DNA of 64,000 bases from Ophelia neglecta (taxonomy: Eukaryota): NCBI GenBank assembly GCA_965285935.1, contig OZ260664.1, positions 81,468,001 to 81,532,000 on the forward strand, in the 5' to 3' direction. This document shows positions 51,001 to 64,000 of this stretch, piece after piece (position 1 is the first letter of the stretch; each line of letters begins with the position of its first letter). The notes under the pieces are model-generated. The model had not been told where the DNA came from and searched no databases. It was given only the letters and a program-made list of their open reading frames with translations. The translations under genes were made by a program, and so were the position numbers.

Positions 51001-54000
51001 ATTTTGTGCGGTCACCAATGGCAGGACAAAGACCAGAGTTGTAACAGGGTGTTGTGTGATATGGCGACATGCAGAGTGACATCTTGCAGTTTGTTGCAGG
51101 AGTCTACACCACAAGGTCTACCTTATCGCCTGATAAACTGCCCCTCAGAGTTCATTCCAGGTGGGGTTACCTTATCAAAGATGCTGGAAGCCACCATCTT
51201 GACATGAGGATGAGGGCAAGGTCAAGTTGTTCCAGATTTACAGCCAGTCAGAACCCTAGTTTATTTGTACTGGCTTTTGTCTACTATCAGTTCTCTAGAG
51301 AAAAGGATTAAAAAACAGCAAAACATTTCATATACATGTATATAAAGAGCTTAAGAACTGTGATATAAAGAAGTTGAAATAAAACAAAGTGTCAGGCACT
51401 TAAGACTAATACATTTGGCAGATATAACACTAAAGATTCGTTCAGATAAATATGTACACTGTATATAATATGCAGTGTAACCTGATCAATTCGGTCCTGG
51501 TAAGATGGGAGGGGAGGGGGGAGGGAGGGGGGTCTCACAGACCTGTTGTCTGAGTTTCTCAAATATCATCTAGTCTACATGGCCTTTTTTTCTGACGCTG
51601 TTCAATTCTTTCTTGACAAGTTCTGGCACTTTTAAGGTATCAAACCTTTGCATTGGTATATCAATGACTTGCATCTAGATGTCACATAATCCTCTGACAG
51701 ACTGTCACTCTGGCAAAAAATTATGCAGGAATGCTGACATACATGCATTGTAAAACCAATAATTTTCATGCACCACTAAATTTAACAGGCCTCGGAAAAT
51801 GCAAATGAATTCCCTGCCAAGTTAAATGCTGCATAGTAGTATCTGAGGTGCAGCAGTCTAAATTCTCTAAATGTAAGGGCAGTAAAAAGAGTTCCATTAA
51901 TGTTTTTAAAAAAATTCTAGCAGAATTAAATGTTTCTTAGTGGGTGGTTTCTGATGTAAGAGGCTGGCAGCATTTGATATGAACTGTAGAAAATTCATAA
52001 GTTATGAGTCAGACAAGCTGAGACACTGGACAAAATTGACTGCTGTATGACAAAAAAAATTGTGCCTATGTTGCCATCGTGGCTGTGGCATTTTGCAGTG
52101 GACTTGATCCTTTTTGTTGTGCTCTTGACAATATGTAGTGAAAAACGATAAAGCTAGGGGAAAGGCTGCCCTACTGGATCTGTTATATAGAATTAAATGC
52201 TGGGTTTATTTGGCTTCTTAATTATTAATTCGGAGGCTAAAAACAGAGAAATTTATTTAGAGTAAGGCAGAAAGCAGATGCAGTCAAAAAACCCTAATTT
52301 TATTTCATACAGTAGGTGTACACTTAAACACCTTTAATTTATTATAGCCCTGGGATTTGAAGCTTAACTTGTCCGTTTATCAAGACTCCTTTTTGGTTTA
52401 CTAAAACCTTTTTATGTCCACTATGTATTAAATTTGGTGAAATAATTTACTAAGCTGTCCAAGTTTTTACTATGCACATAACTTCCAGCCTCACAAAGAT
52501 TGTTAGCCAGTTGTTCGAATTTAGAAATGGCAAAGGTTGGATGAAAATACAGAATATAAGTATAATGAGAGTAAAAACATTATGTTCTACCCTATCACCC
52601 CACCCAACCCCAAACGACTTTAACATGTATGTGTTTGTGTAAAACTTTTATTGGTTCCAGCAGGGTTATACATACAGTTCATTCTAGTATATGTAATAGT
52701 GATGCAATTAATCCCAGATTGAATTAAAACGAACATGAACAAAATAATGTTATTAATTATTTAGATTAACTCCTAGCCTAAATTATGGCAAATTCACAAC
52801 AATGTTCCTATTAAAACTTGATGTTCTTATCACAACTATCAAATTCCACATGAAAAAACACCATTGTTTTAATATGCTACTATGGTCCAGAGTTTTACCA
52901 TTATAGCAGACTTCTCTTAATATACTTTTTATAAGATTTTAACACATTTAAATTTGTATAAAGATGTGCCGATGCCTTGGGTAGCTCTTACTGTTTTTAC
53001 CTAGTGTTCCTCAATTTGACAGAGCTGAGTTGTTTATAACCCCTAGATGACAGCACTCTAATAGTTATTTGTCACTCTATTTATAAAAACGTGAGACACG
53101 GGTTAAGTAGACTCGCCAGAAAATCTTTCCGGTGGCTTATGAAGAAAGATACAAAGTTTTGTTTTTGCACCTTTACTCACACTTTTACTCGTAATATGCT
53201 AAAAGGAGTTGTATTGGACATAAGCCAGCTGGCACAGAATATATGGTTGTTGTTAAGGCTGCCAGGGAGTACTGACCAAGATCAATTAGTTTTTTAAGTT
53301 TTCCTAGCAGCTGGGAGTCATCTTTTGCTTGTGTCTTTTCTGAAGAGGATAATAAATGATCCCTGGGTAGTTGGGTGCAGGCGTTCTTTGATGGTGGGGT
53401 ATTTGATCTCATGATCCTCTCATCCCTGGATGGTGTACCAGGCGACATGAAATCCCTGTTTTTGTTACGCTGTGTCTTTTTCTGGGTAAAGACTATCCCT
53501 CTTCTGTACCTGACTATTACCTGTCAAGGTGTATAGAGAGAAGATGTAGATAAATGAGTTTTTTTGTTGTCCATTTATCTCCCTGTCTAAGCAGTGGTGT
53601 AACTAAAGAGATATATTGTTTGGTTATCAAACACTGGCTGAACTCGCTGCTGTACTCACCGCTGCAACTCTTCTGTGATGTTCATGTTCCTGTTCTTAGG
53701 CGTGGTCTCCGGCTACAAAACCTTCATACATGTATAATTGTGTGTTTCTCATAGAAAGCTTGTAGAAAGTTTGGGGAAATGTTTTAAGTTGTCAGTTGAT
53801 GTCTTCAAACAAAATATTAATAGCTGTTGTGATAACCCCATCAAAGGAGGGCGTGGGCTACTTTGTTACAAACAGGCTTTTTTGATAGACCAGCCCAACA
53901 AAGAGACACATATCTCTGTAATTCTAACTTCTGAGACTTGTGATGTTCATGTATATTGTGCCCACTAGTTATCTGATTCCCTCCTGGTATGTCCCTGTTA

Positions 54001-57000
54001 AATAACAAAACTATTGAATGGTCATAAAGCACATTAGCCCAATGACATTTCTAATGTTCCCTCCCATGAATCCACCCAAATTTTAGGTCAAAGATTTATC
54101 TTGCTGAATCAGCGATGACATTTAGCGCACAAAACTAAAATTGGCGAGAACCATTCTATACCAGTGTATGGTACTTGTTATTACATAAGCTGGCTTTTGA
54201 CATACATTAAGTTCTTACCCAACTTGCTAATTGCTCTTTAATTGCTCTGTTTATGAGCCTTGTCTATTTGTATGAATGATAAATTCTGCATGCCTGTGTT
54301 AAACATACAAAGCTTAGTTTTCTCTCAGGGTTGATCCTCTAAGAAAAGGGCAATAGTTTTATAGATACATGTATTATTTAATGCTCTGCAGCTGTTAAAC
54401 AGTTGATTCCACTTATTTATGTTGACAAGGCAATCAAATTTAATGACCCAAATGTGTAAAACTAAATTTAAATTTCTATAGCAAAAATAAATTAAGGCTT
54501 TGTCTGCACAGATCAGCCATTTTCTGAATCTTCAAGTTTTGGAAAATATGAATATATTCACCAATTTCTTTTTGAAATCTGAAGGTAGTGTTTAACAAAT
54601 GTTTATTGTTCTGCGCATTCAAGATGAAATTTTTCCCAACTTAATATTTATGCCTGCAGCATGAAACAGCCATTAACCTCGTAAAAAAGTAAAAAAGTGG
54701 ATAGTTTATGGAACAAACTTTACAACTGTATGGCATTTAATACACTACACAGAATTCATGGCCAAGTGGTGGTTCTTCCAAGAACTTCACAGATTTTGCT
54801 GGTCTATTTGACACTTGCACCAATTTGGGCCCTAAATAGCTCTTGATAATTGAGATATAATCTTGACGTTTTTTGCCTGAGGGAATCTTATATGTCTGAT
54901 AGTATCCTAGGTAGTAATCCAATCAAAATGCCAAATGGTTGAGTTATTAAGGGAAACATAGTTCGCCGGGTCTTTCTTGCTGGGAAGCACTTTTATTTTC
55001 TGTGTTTATGAAACCTTTATGAGTCGGGAATTTCTTTTGACTTATTTATTAGTGTTGTCTAAATGAGAAGTATTCCCTAGAATCATTGGCAGTTTTTGTT
55101 AGCAACTATTCGCCATTTTAAACACTTTTTTGCAGGATGTTATATGGGTGTGCTCTTGAAAAACTGTACAGGTCATGGTCTTTCCCAGTTTGAATGGAAT
55201 TAGTTTCTGTTCTATATAAAACTTTCTTTTATTAACTTGACCTTAGAACTTTAATTACCTGATAAAGTAGTTTTTCTAGATTAAATCGAGGACTTTGGAA
55301 AAAAGTGGTGTTTGGTTTTGCGCCTTCTCATACATGTATGTAGTGTGTTGAAGAGCAGACGATTGCATACAGTTGAGTCTTGGAAGATTTTGATAATTCC
55401 AAAATTCCAAAGAACTTTCAGTGAAAGATAACAAGCCAAGCCCTGAACTTTTAGCTTTTTTCAGTGAATTTACAATCATAAAAAACTAAAAGCTTGCATA
55501 GAAAGAACTTCATGTACATGTACAGTACAGGATGTAAATAATAGATGTTTTCTAATTAGCAGTGTTTAAGATTTATTATGTCATGTAAGATAACAACTAA
55601 TTGGCAGGCCCAAAATCAGTGAAGGATTGAGATCAATAAAAATCTGAAACTTCATTGCATAGCTTTTGATGCAGATGAAATATATTCAGAGTGATAACAG
55701 GTGAGCCAAACCTTTTCAACATCGGTCATTTGTTTATGTGCCACATTGTGACCCATTTTTGTTTGTGTATAACTGTGCAATGCCTAGTTGTTAACCCCTT
55801 GGACTTGGACTGATTTTTAACCCTTGGTATTAAGGGGAAAGTGTATTGAGACTACAGCTGGACCACCCTAGATTTAAGTTCTCCTAGCTGACCCTGGATT
55901 CGCCCAGTGGCTGGGCCTCTCTGGCGCTCTAGAATCTAAGTCAGCTCCTGCCTGCTCATGCACTGGGCCCAGCAAGATAACACTTGAGATAGCCTAGATG
56001 GACTGATGGGCATTGGGGCTAGCTGATATGAACCTGGCTATGACCCTCCAACAAACAGTTGCCTTCCTTTCATAAGAAATCCTTAGTTCACTGTGCAGAT
56101 TGATTCTGGTTTTCAGCAGCCAATCCTTGATCTGTAGATGCACAGCATTTGATTTGGACCAGCCTCATCCCACTTCAAGTGGTATCCTCTGTACGTACGT
56201 CTGCTCAGTCGTCTGCTCACCCCGGCACTGGTTTCTCTCCACATAAACTTTCCCCGTCAAAGTTTTTATGGACTTTCCCTCTTAAAGTTTTGCAGGCTTT
56301 CCTTCAAGGTTTTTCAACAAAAAGACTTTATTTTATTGTGTGTTCATGGGCGCTTAGCACCCATCTGTAACTTGTGGGCCTTCCTACTACAGCTTGTCTG
56401 GGGTTTTGGAATTCTTTCTACTAGTGCAGATATAAATTGCATTCTCACGACTCGTTTTGTCATTTTTGGATGCTTTCTGACACTTGGTGCATTTTCAGTT
56501 ATCGATATGAAATGGGGAATATATATATTGAATGTTTTTCTTTGGCAGCACTTTTCTAAGCACAAATATAAGGCAAGACAAGAGTGAAGAGGATTGGTTG
56601 CCAATGGTTAGTTTATTAGGTAGACAGCTATAAGCTTTGTACTCAGAGTGGTCTTTTGAAAAACTCCCAACAGACTCCTTCTTTTCAATAGACTTTGGCT
56701 TTTACAGAATTGTATATTTTGGCATTTATAGAACATACATGTACACTAAGTTTTTATGAGGTATTAAACAAATGACAGAAGCTCCATCAAGAGCTAGAAA
56801 TAGTTTTTATTATACAAGTTACCTACAGGTATTATTAAAAATGTTACCTGGATATCCGGGCACCAGAAGTATGATCAGATTTCTAGTCTCTCGTCCGTCT
56901 TGTCAACGCTGCATTTTTGACCCCATCAGACTACATTAAATGGACTGCATTGAATACTTGGCCTACGCTGAACTCTCAGAATGCACTTTTTCTCCACTAC

Positions 57001-60000
57001 ACCCATTCCACGTACTGCGCTCATTGCTAAGGTATGATAACGTAAACTGACGTGGGTGTACAGGGACTAGTTAACCCATCTTGGCCCATTATTGATGACT
57101 AGTTAAATAATTAGTTGTATTTTCATTGCTTTTGGCCCTGGACATCAATGGGTTGAGGTCAGTACAGGACCGGATGTTAGCTGTCAGATGTCTGAATCTG
57201 GCCATCAGAAACCACTAGTATGTGTAGTTATTCTGTTTGCCGATGTGTTAGCATTTTATTTGATAAGCAATGATGGCAGTTGTTTACCAGCCAGATTTCA
57301 CCCATCACACTTCATGGATCATGGTTCCCAGATCATCAGTGCCGCAATCTGCAGGCCCTAACTGGCCGACCAGAATGGAGTGGGATCTTTCCTTGGCAAA
57401 TAAACTTGGCCGCCCCATACATGATAATAGTGATAGCTGGGGAAGATGATCTGCAGAAACTGCCGGGCATCTTGGTGCACCTCTCTCAGACCACTCCATC
57501 AGGGTCTGTCTGTGCAGGAGTCAAAATACAAACAGCTGAACTATCAACTTAAATATTATGGAATGCTGTCCGTATTCTATACATCTTTTGATATAGGAAT
57601 TATCGTATAAAAAACATTCTTGTTATACTGAAATTTGAAACCTGCCCACCACATCACCCATGTAGACATGGGCATAGCCAGACTCCTGACTTCATTCTGA
57701 CAGTTATGGCCACACGACTGCCCGGCAATTATTAGTTCAGTTCAACTTCTGTTCTATAGGTCATAGGAAGCTCAAGGTTACACCTTCATAGGAAACCCAA
57801 GGCTATGTCTTCAAATAGAGTCAGCAAGTCTTACAATTATAACAGAAAACTGTGGTGTTTGCGCATTTAATTGTAAAACTGGCCACTTGATTTAGTTTAT
57901 TCTGAGACGAGAATATTGTACAAAAAATGACACAATCTTGTCTTCCGTACCTCCTCTTATCAACCTAGTTGTTGGAGATTGATGTCTCTATAAATATAAA
58001 AAGTGTCATCTTTTTCTTGTGAGAGAACTTTTGCTGCTGAAGTTGAATTAAGTGATATGTTTGTTAAGATGAGTTTGAGACCCACCATATTGATAATTCC
58101 TAGTCACTGCCAGGTACATGTACACATATAATGTATCAGTTTCAGACACTGCTGATAGTACATGTACACCTAGGACATAGTTCAGGAGAGTTTTTGAGTC
58201 TCTGCTACCAGTCTAAGCCATATCATAGCCTGTTTGAAGTCATATTAAAGATATGTGTAAGATGTGATTACATGGTTTAAGAACTGCGTCTTGACATATA
58301 CTGGTTCTACAAATCTTCCCCCTGATCTCTTTTGTGCCACAGAGGGTTGTAGTGGCATGTGGGGGGAGGGTGGTGGCTGTATGTCTGGGAGGATGTAGGA
58401 AGGTGGCCAGCAATATCGTCAGATGGTAGTGATTACACTTTACAAAGGGGGCTGTATTGGGATGTGTAAAAGTGTTGGTAAAGCTTGGTGGTGGGTGTCC
58501 ATGTCAGCAGGATGGGTGTCAGGTAGTGGGAGTAGGGCGGTGGTGCTGTGGTTCAGTTGTGGTTGGTTTGGGGTGGAGACAAGGTGGAGGTAGGGTGGAA
58601 CTTACAGCCTAGCTGGCTACAGGTTAGGGTATGGAAGCTGCTAGGTTACTTTTGGGTGGGTCTGTGGTTGATACATTGTTAGCAAGATGGCTGGGTTGGA
58701 CTGGGACATGTACATGTAGTAGGGGATGACCATAGTCACACGAACGTTGTATTTCTACTAGGCTACTTTGGAGGAGGGGTTCTATTGGAATGTGATAGTA
58801 ACTATAGTAACTATGTGATCATTTTTTTTCTCCAAATAAACCAAACTGAATTTTTTAAATCTTCTAGAACCCCCCCCCCCCCACCCAAACTTACTAATGG
58901 TGATGCATTCTGAAGGTGTGGGTTATAGTTTGCTGAAGAGTGCTCTCAGAAGTTTGGATTATTCCTCCTTTGGGTGGGGCAGTCGGTGGAGGCAATCAGA
59001 TGGCAGGGTGGATGAGAAAAAGTGGTTCCAAGATGCTTGTATCTGAGATAAAAGGATTATAAAAAACGTGTCATTGACAAGGGCGGTGAATAAAAGAAAT
59101 AAAAGAAAATAAACATAATAATAAAAGGAGTTGCTACAACTGCAGATAATGAGAGCACATCCAGCTACATCCCTACCCTGTTTAGCCAGTCTAGTTTATC
59201 TGCCCAGGCATTTTGCCCAGGGCTGTGGACCATCGCCTCCAACTTCTACTCTAGGTCATACTGGTACACTTGTCAAGATATGTGGGTCTTGTAATGGGTT
59301 ATAAACTTGTCAGATTACACCAAAAAACAGCCCAAACGTGCAATATACTTGGTACGTTTTGTACCAGGACTATTGATACATTTTTTTGGGGTAATTTATG
59401 AAGATTTTCCATCTCCTGTGTTGTGGTTGATATGTTTGAAATTCTCAAGTGTCTAATCTTGTACATTCCTGGGAAAAGGGATGATTAAATCATGAAGATA
59501 CATTTCTCTCCCAGACTAAAACATATGAAAACAAGTCTCATGTGTATATCAAACCAGACTTGGATGGTTTTCCCTGCAGGCACTGCTGTTTCTAATTTAA
59601 CCTGATGATATACAATTGAATCACTTTGACAAAAGTACACAAATCATCCTGTCAGGAGTCTTGTCAGCACAGCCTATGTTCACACTCTATAAAACTGTAC
59701 AATGGTAAAATCACTGCCAAACCATTTTTGTGAATTGTATTTCTGGCTGCATGATGATACATTCAAAAGACTAGGTAGGGTAGGGTAAGTGAGGTGATAG
59801 GAGGCAGACTGTGGATGGGGGCTCCAGTAAGGGGGTGATGGGGACTTGAGGTGGGGGACTAGGGATGGGGGAATCCAGGAAGGGGGTAGCCATGCACTGA
59901 GTTAGTCAAGAGAAAGGGAAATTGTCTCTACTACATGTATGTGATCATATTCATGTAGAGTATGGAGAGGGATATTTTTAGAGTTAAGGAGAGAATTGTA

Positions 60001-63000
60001 TATTTCTTGTCCTTCCAACTCACAGGGTTATATACTGAGGATAAAACAAAGAGCTGGACTCAATCTCTTGTGATTTAAGAAGACTGATGTTTGTTTGAAG
60101 AAGAAACATCCAGAAGGACATCCCTTATTGTTACATGTTCAGTCAGATGATCAATGGCTCTCTTCGGCCAGTTTAATTTATACGTACCTTACAGTACCGG
60201 ATTTGCTCCATTGATAAATGTCGAGTTTGATTTATCTGTTTATAAATGGAGTGTCATCTAAATTGTTGCATATTTAGAGGTGCAATCCTACCAATCTGAT
60301 TTTGATGGGTAGTAGGTCAACTTTGACATGCAGTGATTGTCAAATTATTATTAATAACTGTTCTGTAATGATAGAAAATTCACTGACAATATCATTGGAA
60401 CTAATATGGCAAATCATTTTAATTTGTATTATATCATCAAGTATGGGAGTGTTAACCTATAAAAGTTGGTTGATTTTGGAAAAACAGCTGCCCTGATATT
60501 TTTAAATGAACAGACACAATTTAGAAGGGGTAATAATTGGATAAGTGTAATAAAGAGATTATAGAATACATTTCTGAGCCACGACCTGAATCAACAAGAG
60601 AGCCTGTTAAGTTCTAGTTTTCAGTACTGTCTTGTTATGAACCAGTGTCTCGGGTGAGTATTAAGAAGACAAGAGGTGTATCCATGTGGGTGATCCATGG
60701 CCTTGTACAGCCACTCCTAACCGCAAACTGATCCCTCTATCCTAATATCAGGATATATCAGCTCGGCAAAGTGGCCATGAATCTACTGTATACAACTGTC
60801 AGTGTAGGTGATAGGAGATTTGTCTGGAGGCAGACGCAATATCAGCTTGATCCTTGTAGCCTGCAGGAATGTGTAACTAAAGGTGGTCAGTTCCCCGCCT
60901 TTATGTTTACGCAATGTTTCCTAAACCAACAAATTGTGAAATCCGTAGATAGTCATCCACAAGTCTAGTCCAATGCTCTCAAGGCTTGAGATCTAAGTGG
61001 CCACTGCGCCTGAGACTCTGCTGCTGGTGTTATTAGCACAATCATGGTTTTAACAAAGTTTCAAAGCTTTTGCTGTGTATTTCTGTCATTTTTAGCTCAG
61101 CTTACACATGTACTGTAGCTATTGTATGTCAGACTACAATTTATGATTTCAACTTTGTCCCAAAACTTTGAAGTCAAAGAGCTTTATCCTTACACCTGAG
61201 TGCATTTTCCTTCCACTTTGCTCATTTTTTTTAGTAGCATGTTATTAACTGATATTTCAAACAAAAAAGACTATTCATCAAATCTTACTGTGTGAAATAT
61301 TGTTACTGTGCACAAACAATTTGTTGACTTTAAGCCATAAGAAATGGTGGCAGCTTCAAAGGCATCAGGTGATCCACCATACGGTCCAGTTTACCGGTAG
61401 TCGCCATATGGTCCAGTGTGGTGGGTCATCACTCCCAAATGATTGGCCTTAACTTCCGATAAAATACATATTTTTTGCCAAAATAGGTACGGGGGCAACA
61501 AAGACTCCATACTGGAAGAGTCATTATTGTTAAAGATTTTAACACTGTCAGTGCCAAGCACTGATCTTCACATCCAGTTGACCTACAAGCACAAGTCTCC
61601 TGACTAATTCATAAAGTTTCTTCTTACTGGTATATACCTTGCTCATCATTGTTTATCCCTTCTTGTTATGGTATGTTCCTTGCTCATTATGGTTTATCCC
61701 TTGCTCATCATGGTATATCTCTTGCTCAACATGGTATATCTCTTGCTAAACATGGTATATCTCTTGCTCATTGCGGTATATCTCTTGCTCATCATGGTAT
61801 ATCTCTTGCTCATTGCGGTATATCTCTTCCTCATTGCGGTATATGCCTTGCTCATCATGGTTTATCCCTTGCTCATCATGGTATATCCCTTGCTCATCTT
61901 GGTATATCTCTTGCTCAACATGGTATATCCCTTGCTCATCATGGTATATCCCTTGCTCATCATGGTATATCCCTTGCTCATCATGGTATATCCCTTGCTC
62001 ATTCGGGTATATCTCTTGCTCATTACAGTATATCCCTTGCTCATTGCAGTATATCCCTTGCTCATCATGGTATATCCCTTGCTCATCATGGTATATCCCT
62101 TGCTCATCGTGGTATATCCCTTGCTCATTGTGGTATATCCCTTTCTCATCATGGTATATCCCTTGCTCATCATGGTATATCCCTCGCTCATCATGATATA
62201 TCCCTTGCTCATTGTGGTATATCCCTTTCTCATCATGGTATATCCCTTGCTCATTATGGTATATCCCTTGCTCATCATGGTATATCCCTTGCTTATTGTG
62301 GTATATCCCTTTCTCATCATGGTATATCCCTTGCTCATCATGGTATATCCCTTGCTCATCATGGTATATCCCTTGCTCATTCTGGTATATCCCTTTCTCA
62401 TCATGGTATATCCCTTGCTCATCATGGTATATCCCTTGCTCATTGTGGTATATCCCTTTCTCATCATGGTATATCCCTTGCTCATCATGGTATATCCCTC
62501 GCTCATCATGATATATCCCTTGCTCATTCTGGTATATCCCTTTCTCATCATGGTATATCCCTTGCTCATCATGGTATATCCCTTGCTCATCAGTGGGAGG
62601 GTAATTGCTTGGTAGTTTTTGTTATTTCAACTCTTTTCATTTTTAGATTTGTATTTATTGACAAAACAGTTGACTGTCATTTCCAGAAAAGTTTTTTTCC
62701 CAAATTTGCTACTATGTGTCTACCATTTCATGCAAGCTGCTAATATATTAGCATTGTTTAACTGATTGCATCTTAATTTCATAATTTGTCAGGTCAGGGT
62801 AAAAATCAAAGCCAGTGAGACGAAAACTGTAGAAGTAGCTGAAACAAGAAACATGGTGTTTAAGATTATTTGGTCCCCCGGCTGTTAAGTCCCCTGGACT
62901 CAAAACCCTATGGTAAAAAATCCTGGGGACGAAGTATTTAAGACCAGTGGATGCTATAAACCAGGGTATAAAGACCGGATCCCAAATATACTAGAATTTC

Positions 63001-63973
63001 TACTGCAGACAATCTCTTTCTCGAAATAGTTTGAGAACTTCCTAGAACAAGGCCCCTTGCTGTAGCATCCTTGGGTCTTGTTAGACTGGGAAGGCCCTAG
63101 AACAAGGGCCGCCAACATGCTGGGGGGGGGGGGGGGATTCGGGGCCCCTGTCTTATCTCCATTCAGGCACCTTATGGCATTCCAGTGTCAAGTGCAGAGA
63201 TGCTTTGTTATGTAATCGTTTGTCTGTGTGTACTTCAGATGTTACCGCTGTTTTCCGGAATGCCTTGGGGTATTTTTTTAGGCCAAATGCCTAGATATGC
63301 AGGCAAGGATATTTTGTTCCCAGTAGAGATCAACCAAAACAAGGGGATAAAAAGCGTCAGTTGAAGCTTTGTTGAAGTGTTTTGTACAAAAAAATGAAGC
63401 AATCCTATCCTATTAGTAAGTAGTGGGATGAGTCTTGTATCCTCTCCAGCTCAGGTTAAATGGACATGGCCAGGCTTGTTAAACGCGAGACGCTCGCAGG
63501 ACGATTTAACTGGCATCGTTTGCACTTGGTACCCGCAAAAAAATGCTAAGAAATCTATCCTGAGTTTCTGTGAGCTAGTTTAAGCCATTGCTTACTACAG
63601 CTATACATGCATTTTCATTTTCCATTTTATTTAGTGAGAAGGGGGGGTGGGGGGGGGGGGTCGGGGGGCTTATGATTTTCATGGAATTTTATGTTTTTGT
63701 GGGTGTGGCTAACAGGCAGGTAAGTTTTTGAGAATTCAGAGTTTTTTCTTTTAACCCCATATGCCACTGGAAATCCAATGTTCCTAGGTGTCCCTCAGCT
63801 GATAGGCTCTCAGCTAGTAGTTTACAAATATTGATTTTTTATAATTCTTATTCAGTACATAATATTATGTATAGTAATTGATTGAAAAATTAATTTGTGT
63901 AATTGTTGTTTTACAGATTGGCCTCGATGGAGATGATGGGAGCTTATGTAATGGTACATGCAGAGTAAAACAG
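36047..63973 (+). CDS. 5' part (exons 1-2) of a signal-peptide-bearing protein, possibly a ROS1/Sevenless-like receptor tyrosine kinase; continues beyond the window
   Basis: Exon 36047-36175 (MSKVKMRLTQWKILIGTLLVQSIVLCFAEDITTRCREQCGEDS|GTGAGT) and exon 63917-63973 (TTTTACAG|IGLDGDDGSLCNGTCRVKQ|GT), both phase 0. The CxxxC...CxxxCxxxQ spacing recalls the ROS/Sev N-terminus. Gene presence is well supported; family identity is tentative because only 62 aa are visible. Confidence 0.55.
37122..37342. mobile_element. hAT-like MITE (221 bp)
   Basis: TIRs CAGGAAAAGAAATAAG / CTTATTTCTTTCCCTG (15 of 16 match), flanking ACACACA direct repeat, and many internal GGCCC/GGGCC motifs. Confidence 0.7.
41331..41566. 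mobile_element. Old MITE with degenerate 22-bp TIRs
   Basis: GCCCAGTTTTTGGAAGTGGTCT versus AGACTGCTTCCAGAAACCGAGC: 17 of 22 positions complementary, and all mismatches are transitions. Confidence 0.45.
43690..48990. repeat. 39-bp satellite array (~5.3 kb, ~135 monomers) with higher-order repeats, intronic
   Basis: Consensus GGGAACCATGACTGTAACCATGGAGGTCTATGACCACTA; recurrent variant monomers; ~1470-bp higher-order duplication. Confidence 0.97.
61630..62592. repeat. 21-bp minisatellite, ~46 copies, intronic
   Basis: Unit GGTATATCCCTTGCTCATCAT. Confidence 0.97.
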
Positions 63974-64000
63974 GTTGGTAGGGCATGCTCTATTACAGAA

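Noticed and set aside
36200-63900. Nested protein-coding genes in the 27.7-kb intron
   Set aside because: The short ORFs show no recognisable domains or coherent exon chains; additional small exons of the host gene could have been missed.

Overview
AT-rich, intron-rich eukaryotic DNA, probably from an invertebrate animal; a lophotrochozoan or mollusc origin is inferred from repeat style only. Three spliced protein-coding genes were reconstructed by hand from GT-AG boundaries with consistent exon phases. (1) The last four exons of an SLC6 neurotransmitter/amino-acid:Na+ symporter (+, 139-4300). (2) A complete 19-exon type I membrane protein of about 1382 aa (-, 25736-11215): signal peptide, 10 FN3 domains, an R3-type receptor-PTP membrane-proximal module and one TM helix, but no phosphatase domain. 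Its tail instead carries four YxN (Grb2-SH2-type) tyrosines and a proline/lysine motif. (3) The first two exons of a secreted or receptor protein with a ROS1/Sevenless-like Cys pattern (+, 36047 to beyond 63973), divergent from gene 2, with a ~27.7 kb first intron. A frameshifted partial copy of gene 2 lies at 31.8-32.8 kb. The rest is repeats: two Helentron/HINE-like elements with internal tandem arrays, several MITEs, SINE/LINE relics, a 5.3 kb 39-bp satellite with higher-order structure, and 27-bp and 21-bp minisatellites. No rRNA, tRNA or CRISPR array was seen. Family assignments rest on motif recognition, not on database searches.
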